From IMG/VR virus record IMGVR_UViG_2061766007_002388: a DNA stretch of 20,000 nucleotides, one strand, 5' to 3'. Both the position numbers and the translations under genes were made by a program. This DNA is from an uncultured virus (IMG/VR IMGVR_UViG_2061766007_002388). Its lineage: Duplodnaviria > Heunggongvirae > Uroviricota > Caudoviricetes. Positions 1-6,946 of this stretch are shown here, one piece after another (position 1 is the stretch's first letter; every line of letters starts with the position of its first letter). The notes under the pieces are model-generated. The model saw only the letters and a list, made by a program, of their open reading frames with translations, made no database searches and had not been told where the DNA came from.

Positions 1-653
1 ATATGGGACCAGGACCATTCCGGGTGGTGGTATCATGATACCACCAGTTATCTTAATGAAGAGATGCTTGGCGCTGCCCATAAATACCAAGGTTATATGG
101 GTGATGTGAGAGATCGTCTGACTATCAGATATGCACCAACCGCCTCCCCGACGGCAGCGCAGATTACTTCGACAATAGACTTGACTACTACGCATATCGG
201 CCTCATGTGCATTCTCGGGGGTGACCCCTNNNNNNNNNNGGGTCCCGCTCAATTCGACGGTTGTTGATGACGATACTGCATCAACAACTGACAGCATAAC
301 CCTTGTGAACAACACGATATTCAATCGCGGCATACTCACTTCACTGACCGTAACGATGCCTTCGGGTGTCACCCCAGCGTTTACATCGCAGATTAATTTT
401 ACGTCAGGTGTGACCCCTACGACATNNNNNNNNNNNNNNNNNNNNNNNNNNNNNNNNNNNNNNNNNNNNNNNNNNNNNNNNNNNNNNNNNNNNNNNNNNN
501 NNNNNNNNNNNNNNNNNNNNNNNNNNNNNNNNNNNNNNNNNNNNNNNNNNNNNNNNNNNNNNNNNNGGCGCCCGCGGACTGGTATCTGCTACCGACGTCG
601 TAATCGAGAACATCCACGATCCTGAAAACCTGCCTGAGCCTGTCGGAGAATAG
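1..653 (+). CDS. Partial Thr/Ser/Val-rich protein, probably a tail-fibre or virion structural protein. The 5' end is outside the window and two N gaps interrupt it.
   Basis: Frame 1 is open from base 1 to the gap at 230 (IWDQDHSGWWYHDTTSYLNEEMLG...GGDP). An open segment lies between the gaps (VPLNSTVVDDDT...SGVTPTT). The last segment, APGLVSATDVVIENIHDPENLPEPVGE, ends at TAG 651-653, just before the next RBS. Frame changes occur only across N gaps, so a single gene or gene boundaries hidden in the gaps are both possible. Confidence 0.55.
25..46. repeat. Perfect 22-bp palindrome TGGTGGTATCATGATACCACCA
   Basis: The sequence equals its own reverse complement and lies inside the open reading frame (WWYHDTT). 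Confidence 0.9.
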
Positions 654-662
654 AGGTGCAGA

Positions 663-1179
663 ATGAAATTGCATGACCGAACCAAATGGTTTGTTTCCAG
701 TGAAGCTTTTCTCAGGATCATTGCACCTGCCGAAAACGCATTTCTCAAAATCGGAGACGACTTTTATTGTGAAGCTGAGACAAACCAAAACGGCGCTGTC
801 AATGTATATCTTAATGGAATATTTTTAAAAACTATTACAGTTGATCATGGTGTTGCTTCAGACACGGTGCCGATTCCTGAGAGCGTGTTCGGATACGGGA
901 CGGCGTTCGTATTCTCCGAAAATGAACAAGTTCCCGACGACACCGTTGTTCCTAGAACGCTAACACTTCAGCTTGCTGCTTTGACCGCTAGTCAGCAAGT
1001 TGTCGTGAGCCCGTCAGATTATCCTATAGGCGACTGTGACGATATCGCTGACCGGCTGGNNNNNNNNNNNNNNNNNNNNGGAAGCCACGACAGTAGACAC
1101 CATTGGCAATGAGCCTGTTCAGTCATTCGGAAGTGTTACGATAGAAGTTGACGTATCAGACGAGCCTTTTACCGATTAG
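663..1179 (+). CDS. Hypothetical beta-rich protein in the tail-fibre cassette, spanning the N gap at 1060-1079
   Basis: GAGGTG RBS before ATG 663. After the gap, the frame EATTVDTIGNEPVQSFGSVTIEVDVSDEPFTD ends at TAG 1177-1179, overlapping the GGAGG RBS of the next gene. This is a more plausible end than 1112. Confidence 0.65.
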
Positions 1180-1188
1180 GAGGAAAAA

Positions 1189-2835
1189 ATGTCGCATACT
1201 TTTACTTATGAAACCGGTTGGAAAATTCTTGACGAAAACGGAAATGTCCGCGCCTCAAGTGAAGATAAAGAGCGTGCTGAGACTCAGGGAACGGTCGAGG
1301 TGGAGATCTTGGACGAGGATAAGGAGACTGTGGTTCAAAATTGCAAGCAGCCGTTCAAAAGCTTTGTAAAAGGATTTCTGATGGATCTGGTGCTGGGTTA
1401 CAGGGTATCCAAACGTGAGGTTGGTTTTGGCACTGAACCTCATGTAATGTCTAATGGGCGAATCGCAACTTTGGGGAGTGCATACACAAACGGAACTATA
1501 GTTTCTCCCGCAGCGCCGGAAAGATTCGACACTAACACATATATAGATGCTGTTGCACTTATGGGTAAACTTACTCCGTTAACTAGCGTTGTTTCTCAAA
1601 TTTACCTTAACTCCTGTACCAAAACGACAGACTCCATAAGCATCCGACTTTCTTCAATACAGCAGATAGATTCAACAGCAAGTAGTGGAACGGTTCGGGA
1701 AATCGGTCTGTTTTCGGACAACACCAATGACTATCCGGCAGGGACACCGCAGTTTCATACGTTGATCGCCAAAGACGTTCTTGCTACCCCATTGACATAT
1801 TACCCAAACCAGTATGTACGCATTAAGTATGATATTGAGATCCCATGCTCCAGCCAAAAAGTTATCACAAAAAACTGGGTATACAACTGGCTTCAGAATT
1901 TGACGGATCCGTTCAGCGGGGTATTTAAAACCACCTCGGGGACCCCGGCAGTAGGCATCAACGGGATAACCACATCGACTTTTACAAAAGCGGACAATAT
2001 GATCGGTAACCAAACTGACGACGGCGCAGGAATTGTTGTAGGAACCGATGACGGGACACTTCTGCCTTTAGACTGGGATAACTATCAGCTTGGCAGTCTG
2101 ATCCCGAGCGGAGCTACTTCCGGCACTTTGAGCTATTGGGCCTCGTTGATTCCTTCAGAAGAGCCGGACGTCTCTTTTACCGAAGGCACAGCTCGTGTAA
2201 CTTTTTTCCGCCATTTTATAAATGGTTCAGGAGCGGACATAACGGTAAAAGAAGCGGGTATTGTTGCACACGCGACTCAAGATAATCACGCAGCCGAGGG
2301 GATCGATACCGAAGGAAGTTACTTGCTGGCAAGATGGCTGACAGGCAGTATAATTGTGCACCCGAATGAAACCCTGGTTGTTTACTGGCAACCTGCTATT
2401 CAGGCGGACTCCACTACGGTTTCTGGAAAAAATTTGGATATGTCGAAAATAATAGTGGTGCCTAACAGATTAAGAAAAAAATATGCGTCACTTAGAGACA
2501 TGACTATGATTCAGAAAGACCACTCTCAACCTATGATGTGGGGGGATTCAAAAGCGTATGCGGCTAATTTAAAAAATGTGAACGGTTATGGTGGATTTAC
2601 AGATTGGAGATTGCCTCGTCAAACAGATACTACCACTTCTGAAGCAGTAAACCGTGAACTGTATTACCTCTACCAACATAAAGCGGAATTGGCGAACGGG
2701 TGGAGCCCATTTGGTTCTTGTTGGAGTGATAATCAGGTTGATAATGGGGCTGCTAGGTGCGTAAGAAGTGCCGGAACGTTTTATTCATACTCAAAACTTG
2801 AAGCGTCTGCTGTGTGGTGCTTTTGTGTCAGATAA
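1189..2835 (+). CDS. Putative tail fibre / receptor-binding protein: two tail-collar-like repeats plus a C-terminal DUF1566 (Lcl/C-type lectin-like) domain
   Basis: GGAGG RBS. Internally repeated motifs GTVREIGLF...LIAKDVL and ITVKEAGIV...LLARWL. The C-terminus MWGDSKAYAANL...GGFTDWRLP...EL...CWS...CVR* matches the DUF1566 pattern. Confidence 0.75.
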   Translation: MSHTFTYETGWKILDENGNVRASSEDKERAETQGTVEVEILDEDKETVVQNCKQPFKSFVKGFLMDLVLGYRVSKREVGFGTEPHVMSNGRIATLGSAYTNGTIVSPAAPERFDTNTYIDAVALMGKLTPLTSVVSQIYLNSCTKTTDSISIRLSSIQQIDSTASSGTVREIGLFSDNTNDYPAGTPQFHTLIAKDVLATPLTYYPNQYVRIKYDIEIPCSSQKVITKNWVYNWLQNLTDPFSGVFKTTSGTPAVGINGITTSTFTKADNMIGNQTDDGAGIVVGTDDGTLLPLDWDNYQLGSLIPSGATSGTLSYWASLIPSEEPDVSFTEGTARVTFFRHFINGSGADITVKEAGIVAHATQDNHAAEGIDTEGSYLLARWLTGSIIVHPNETLVVYWQPAIQADSTTVSGKNLDMSKIIVVPNRLRKKYASLRDMTMIQKDHSQPMMWGDSKAYAANLKNVNGYGGFTDWRLPRQTDTTTSEAVNRELYYLYQHKAELANGWSPFGSCWSDNQVDNGAARCVRSAGTFYSYSKLEASAVWCFCVR

Positions 2836-2980
2836 AGTATTTTTTCACGATTTCGTCAATATCATGTTTGTACTCCATATTTATAGCCACCACATTTGAA
2901 ACCGCCCTTTCTATGGCAGTATCTCTTTTCGCCCATCATCACTCAATTCTTTTTCACAGCTGAGCGCTATTTGATTTTGC

Positions 2981-3009
2981 TTGACAACAACAGTCTTTCT
3001 GAGTAAGTT
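2981..3009 (+). promoter_or_regulatory. Sigma70-like promoter TTGACA-N17-TAAGTT
   Basis: Perfect -35 at 2981-2986, a 17-nt spacer and TAAGTT at 3004-3009, upstream of the GGAGGAGG RBS of the WDGH gene. Confidence 0.6.
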
Positions 3010-3046
3010 TGACGCAGAGTGTAGTGCTTTTTGGGAGGAGGTAATC

Positions 3047-3403
3047 ATGACTTGCAACGATTGGCTTAATACGGCTATATGCAAACTCGCGGATATCAAA
3101 AATATCGGAGACTTATCCGACGGTTATCACACCTTTAACGAACTCTACCACCAGCGTGCGGTCCTGTTCGCCGCTCTGGTCAAGGTCTACAAAGACAAGG
3201 CCTGGAAATCATGGAAACACGAGGATGGGGAGAAATGTTTCGGAGGGGGCTGGTTCATCGTGGGAATCGACACACCGGAAGGCTCGTATACATATCATTA
3301 CGATGAAAAATACTGGGATATGTTCGAATGCGAAGAACTTGAGAAAAGCAAGCACTGGGACGGGCATACTGAGAAAGATGTCATGAAGCTACTGTCGCTT
3401 TAG
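3047..3403 (+). CDS. WDGH-family conserved phage protein of unknown function
   Basis: A strong RBS (GGAGGAGG) favours ATG 3047 over TTG 2981. Motifs DGYHTFNELYHQR, AWKSWKH, GWFIVGIDTPEG, TYHY and WDGHT are typical of this phage family. Confidence 0.8.
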   Translation: MTCNDWLNTAICKLADIKNIGDLSDGYHTFNELYHQRAVLFAALVKVYKDKAWKSWKHEDGEKCFGGGWFIVGIDTPEGSYTYHYDEKYWDMFECEELEKSKHWDGHTEKDVMKLLSL

Positions 3404-3414
3404 TTGATTTTTTA

Positions 3415-3442
3415 TTGACAATATTTTTTTCCAGACTAAGTT
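3415..3442 (+). promoter_or_regulatory. Sigma70-like promoter TTGACA-N16-TAAGTT, a second copy of the 2981 motif
   Basis: TTGACA at 3415-3420 and TAAGTT at 3437-3442. Like the first copy, it is preceded by TTGATTTT. Confidence 0.5.
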
Positions 3443-3474
3443 CAGTTTTGCATAACGTTTTTATGTTTTTTAGT

Positions 3475-3482
3475 TATAAATA
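3475..3482 (+). promoter_or_regulatory. T4-type late promoter TATAAATA
   Basis: Exact match to the T4 gp55 consensus, intergenic, 35 nt before ATG 3518. Confidence 0.7.
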
Positions 3483-3517
3483 TTTTTGTATTTCAAATTA
3501 TTATGGAGGAATTATAA

Positions 3518-4015
3518 ATGGGTTGGGGAAAAGTTGCAGAATATATAATGGCATTTTTAAGATGGTGCTGGGAAAATAAATGGACAATTCTAGGCTTTAT
3601 TTTAACCATTATTTTCTTCATTATGATGAAATATCAAAGCAATGTTAATGATAAATTAACAAAAGATATAGAAGTTTTAAAATCAAATATTTCTAAATGT
3701 GAAACTGAAAAAGATATTGCATTAAATTGTAATGCTGATCTCGAAGGTAGTTTAGATCTTTGCAAAAAAGAACTTCAAATATCTAAAGATTCTTTTAAAG
3801 AAGCAGAGTCAATTAAACAACAATTTGATTTAGAAATAGAAAAATATAAACAGCTTGCTGCTGCCATAGATGAAGAAACTGATCCAGAATTAGCTCTCGA
3901 AAAAAAGAAAAAATTGATAGAAGAGTTATTTAAAGGACAAAATTCAACGCAAATTAATAATACAATTAAAAAAATTAAAAACGTTAAACCCATCAGAATT
4001 AATTTTCCCCGTTGA
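3518..4015 (+). CDS. Putative inner-membrane spanin (Rz/PseT.3-like): N-terminal TM helix plus coiled coil
   Basis: GGGAGG RBS. TM segment WTILGFILTIIFFIMM followed by a long heptad-rich helical region with several Cys. A late promoter lies upstream. Confidence 0.55.
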   Translation: MGWGKVAEYIMAFLRWCWENKWTILGFILTIIFFIMMKYQSNVNDKLTKDIEVLKSNISKCETEKDIALNCNADLEGSLDLCKKELQISKDSFKEAESIKQQFDLEIEKYKQLAAAIDEETDPELALEKKKKLIEELFKGQNSTQINNTIKKIKNVKPIRINFPR

Positions 4016-4034
4016 TTTTTTCTCACAATGAACG

Positions 4035-4042
4035 TATAAATA
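4035..4042 (+). promoter_or_regulatory. T4-type late promoter TATAAATA
   Basis: Exact consensus, intergenic, upstream of ATG 4098. TTGATT at 4012-4017 lies 17 nt upstream, so this could double as a sigma70 promoter. Confidence 0.65.
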
Positions 4043-4097
4043 AACCTGTCAATTATGACAAATGTTTTTTTGTTAACAATTTTTTGGAGTTTTTAAA

Positions 4098-4499
4098 ATG
4101 AAAAGAGTTTTGAATCTTATTAGCATTATTTTTTGTGTAATGGCTATTTGTTCTTGCGCATGCTGCAATGGTAATTCTAAAGACAAGAATGAAGTTTCTG
4201 AAGACAAGAAAGTTGAAGAAGCTGCTGTAGAATCACTTGAAAAGAAAGCAGAGGAAGAAAATAAAGAACAGGCAGCTGTTGCAGAGATGAACAAAACCGC
4301 TGAGCAGGAAGCAAAAGAGAATAATGCAAAAGCGGAAGAAAATAAACTCAGTGAAGAGAAAAAAGAAGATGCTAATCTAAAAGAGTCTAATCCAGAAGAG
4401 CCTAAAGTTGAGGAACAGAAACCTGCTGAGGAACAGAAACCTGCTGAGGAAAAGAAAGAAGAGACTCCGAAACAGGAAGATTCAACCACAACGAAGTAA
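4098..4499 (+). CDS. Putative lipoprotein with a Cys-rich signal end and a disordered Glu/Lys-rich body
   Basis: GGAG RBS. Signal-like N-terminus MKRVLNLISIIFCVMAICSCACC, then E/K/A/P low-complexity sequence with an EEQKPA tandem repeat. Confidence 0.75.
   Translation: MKRVLNLISIIFCVMAICSCACCNGNSKDKNEVSEDKKVEEAAVESLEKKAEEENKEQAAVAEMNKTAEQEAKENNAKAEENKLSEEKKEDANLKESNPEEPKVEEQKPAEEQKPAEEKKEETPKQEDSTTTK
4409..4449 (+). repeat. 18-bp tandem repeat (GAGGAACAGAAACCTGCT x2 plus a partial copy), in frame
   Basis: Directly visible and encodes EEQKPA-EEQKPA-E. Confidence 0.85.
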
Positions 4500-4517
4500 T
4501 ATTTGTTGTTTTTAAAC

Positions 4518-4555
4518 ATAGCCGTTGACTTTAAAAAGTTGACGGCTATTTTTTT
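4518..4555 (+). terminator. Rho-independent terminator
   Basis: ATAGCCGTTGACTT-TAAA-AAGTTGACGGCTAT forms a 14-bp stem with 2 G:U pairs, followed by a T tract just after the stop at 4499. Confidence 0.85.
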
Positions 4556-4571
4556 GCTTTGAAATTAAAAC

Positions 4572-4579
4572 CATAAATA
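4572..4579 (+). promoter_or_regulatory. Late promoter variant CATAAATA
   Basis: One mismatch to TATAAATA. It follows the terminator and precedes the operon containing gp14 and gp25. Confidence 0.55.
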
Positions 4580-4614
4580 AAATCGTTAATAAATTTAATT
4601 TTATGGAGAATAAA

Positions 4615-4986
4615 ATGGAAAATATTACGATTGCAGAATTTTTTGGTGTTTTAAGACAAAGTGTCGTTGAAACATGGGGAACCCATCTCACAACAATGAG
4701 TTATGCAAAACATATGGCATTAAATGAGTTCTACGATGAAATGCTCGAACTTGTTGATAATTTAATCGAGTGTTATCAAGGCATATATGGAATACTTCCA
4801 TGTGAAAATTCTTTTGAATTTAATTGCGACAATGTGGAAAATTTCTTAACAAATCTCAGAGATTTTATTATTGATAATAGAGAAAGACTTTTTAATAAAC
4901 GAGATTCTGAATTATGGAGTGAAACAGATTCTATTCTTTCTTGTATTGATAAAACCCTTTATAAAATCAGGTGTTTGGTAAAATGA
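4615..4986 (+). CDS. Ferritin/Dps-like four-helix phage protein (DUF5856-like)
   Basis: Motifs HLTTMSYAKHMALNEFYD...VDNLIECYQG and SEL...D.IL..IDKTLYK. GGAG at 4605-4608 favours ATG 4615 over 4603. Confidence 0.7.
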   Translation: MENITIAEFFGVLRQSVVETWGTHLTTMSYAKHMALNEFYDEMLELVDNLIECYQGIYGILPCENSFEFNCDNVENFLTNLRDFIIDNRERLFNKRDSELWSETDSILSCIDKTLYKIRCLVK

Positions 4987-5315
4987 AAAAATTAATTTTT
5001 ATCATTATACTTTTTTCCACATTTATTTGCGGCTGCGCAACATGTGAGACAAAATATATAGTAAAAACAAAAATAGTTGCACCAACCATTGCATGTGCAC
5101 AACCACTTCCTTATGAAGAATTTAAAGAAACATTGGTTTCAACAGATATAGTTCATAGTGAGGGGGTGTTATTTGAAGTTATATCCACTAATGTAAAAAT
5201 GATGGAAAGACAAATTATGTTGTGGGAAAATTATAAAGATTGTGTAGAGAAAACAATTAAACTTTATAAAGAAGCGGTCGATTCAGAAGATGGAGAAAAA
5301 GAAGATGATAAATGA
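4983..5315 (+). CDS. Lipoprotein, putative outer-membrane spanin (Rz1/PseT.2-like)
   Basis: ATGA overlap with the upstream stop. Signal MKKLIFIIILFSTFICGC ends in a lipobox-like Cys, followed by a Pro-containing linker (VAPTIACAQPLP) and a C-terminal helix with Cys. Confidence 0.55.
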   Translation: MKKLIFIIILFSTFICGCATCETKYIVKTKIVAPTIACAQPLPYEEFKETLVSTDIVHSEGVLFEVISTNVKMMERQIMLWENYKDCVEKTIKLYKEAVDSEDGEKEDDK

Positions 5316-5697
5316 AGATAAATTCAACTCAGTTAAAATTGTTCCTATATATTATATGAATATATACGCTGACGATAAAGGCGTACTGAATGATATGGAT
5401 TTTGCTAAAGATATAAGTTTTTTAATTGAAGAAATGTTACTTCGCAAAATTAAGCCAGTTCTCGATTTTAATGGAATTTATGAAGTGGATAGATATTGGT
5501 TTGTCTTGGCATTAATAAAGTGGATTATTAAAGCAAAAAAAAGAGTTAATGAAATAATAAGTATCGTTAATCTAAGCGATGAAAATGTTAAAATTCTTAA
5601 TAATGTTACACAAAAAATATTAGAATCGGGCTTAGATATTTTAAAGGGTATAACAATTCCAAAAATATTTGATTCTATTGATTTAGAAGAGGCATAA
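5290..5697 (+). CDS. Hypothetical protein with weak STAS-like (DUF4325-like) resemblance
   Basis: ORF packed between its neighbours. PVLDFNGIYEVD..WF and IVNLSDEN recall DUF4325. The start could be at 5290 or 5305. Confidence 0.5.
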   Translation: MEKKKMINEDKFNSVKIVPIYYMNIYADDKGVLNDMDFAKDISFLIEEMLLRKIKPVLDFNGIYEVDRYWFVLALIKWIIKAKKRVNEIISIVNLSDENVKILNNVTQKILESGLDILKGITIPKIFDSIDLEEA

Positions 5698-6477
5698 ATG
5701 GCATTTAACTTTTTTAACCAAAAAGGTATACAAAAATTATATAGAAAACAATTTCGCAAAATAATAAAGCGATTTGGTATACCATGTTATTACGTTAAAA
5801 AAGCACTTTCAGGAAGTCTCGATAAATTATATGGTGAAGATAATGCAATATCATATGATACAGCATTTGAAATTAAAATGTATCTCGAAACATTCGAGTT
5901 CTACGATGGAAGTCACCAAACATTTAATGCATTCTTATCATTGCTTGAAGATAGTTTAAGGTTTAAAATAGATATTGAAACATTTAAAGAAGTTACTGGA
6001 ATGGATTTTCCAGAAGAAGGGGATTTAATTTGCATTGGACTTTCACCCGCATTAAAAATAGTCACACCAGATTTTAAAGCACTCGAAACATTTATTATAC
6101 GCGGTGTAAACAGACGTGCTGATTTTTATAGTTTCGGAACATTTTTTAGTCACGCTCTTGAATGCAATAGGTTTGAATACAATCATCAGAAATTTAATAC
6201 GGGTGTTGAACTCATTGATAGTTTAAATCTTATTGATACTGTTAAGAGTATAAGTGATATTATTGGTGATAATAAAATTATTGATCAGATCGACGCAGAG
6301 GGTGTTGAAGCTTATGACTCAGAAACCGGAACTATACAACAAGGTAGTCCTGTTACGGAGTTTATGGAATGTGATCCAATGAAACCTGATAGTAATGAAA
6401 CACCAGAAATACCTCAACCAGAAGATGTTGAGTGGGATCCTAATGACCCATATGGAGATAAATGCTGCAATGGCTAA
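5698..6477 (+). CDS. Neck / head-completion protein, T4 gp14-like
   Basis: RFGIPCYYV...DKLYGED...AFEIKMYLETFEFYDG...PEEGDLI...FEYNHQKFNTG matches the gp14 family pattern. Confidence 0.8.
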   Translation: MAFNFFNQKGIQKLYRKQFRKIIKRFGIPCYYVKKALSGSLDKLYGEDNAISYDTAFEIKMYLETFEFYDGSHQTFNAFLSLLEDSLRFKIDIETFKEVTGMDFPEEGDLICIGLSPALKIVTPDFKALETFIIRGVNRRADFYSFGTFFSHALECNRFEYNHQKFNTGVELIDSLNLIDTVKSISDIIGDNKIIDQIDAEGVEAYDSETGTIQQGSPVTEFMECDPMKPDSNETPEIPQPEDVEWDPNDPYGDKCCNG

Positions 6478-6868
6478 TCAACCTTCAAGAAGCAATTTAT
6501 ATCATGATATTGATATGAAATTCGAATTAAACGAAGTAACAAAAGATATTATATTAATTAAAGATGCTGACGCAATAGCACAATCAATAAACAATATGCT
6601 GATGAATGTTCGTCTATGGACATTTAAAGGAAAACCGCTTAATCGATTTATATTTGAAAGTTTCTATAGTGAAGTGGATAATATGATTATTATTCATGAA
6701 TTGGAAGAAATGATTTTAGAAAAGGAACCAAGAATTTCTGATATAAAAATTACTGCGGTTAAAAAAATAAGTGAGCAAATAATGGAAGTAGATGTGACGT
6801 TTACACCCAAGACCACCAATGAAGGTGTTTCTTATAGTACAAAAATATACAAAGTAGTATCTAATTAA
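6470..6868 (+). CDS. Baseplate wedge / sheath initiator, T4 gp25-like
   Basis: YHDIDMKF..N.VTKDI..IKDADAIAQSINN and EPRI are gp25 hallmarks. ATG 6470 overlaps the end of gp14. Confidence 0.8.
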   Translation: MANQPSRSNLYHDIDMKFELNEVTKDIILIKDADAIAQSINNMLMNVRLWTFKGKPLNRFIFESFYSEVDNMIIIHELEEMILEKEPRISDIKITAVKKISEQIMEVDVTFTPKTTNEGVSYSTKIYKVVSN

Positions 6869-6877
6869 ATTTTTCTC

Positions 6878-6905
6878 TTGATTTTTTTCTTGTACAATAT
6901 ATAAT
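6878..6905 (+). promoter_or_regulatory. Sigma70-like early/middle promoter TTGATT-N16-TATAAT
   Basis: Intergenic with a perfect -10, at the head of the non-structural gene run 6947-10156. Confidence 0.5.
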
Positions 6906-6946
6906 ATACATTGTTATTTGGTATTTTTATTAATGGGGGCGTGGCC

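Noticed and set aside
2846..2858. DGR-type hairpin downstream of the candidate variable region
   Set aside because: Only a 4-bp ACGA/TCGT stem is present, which is too weak to call.
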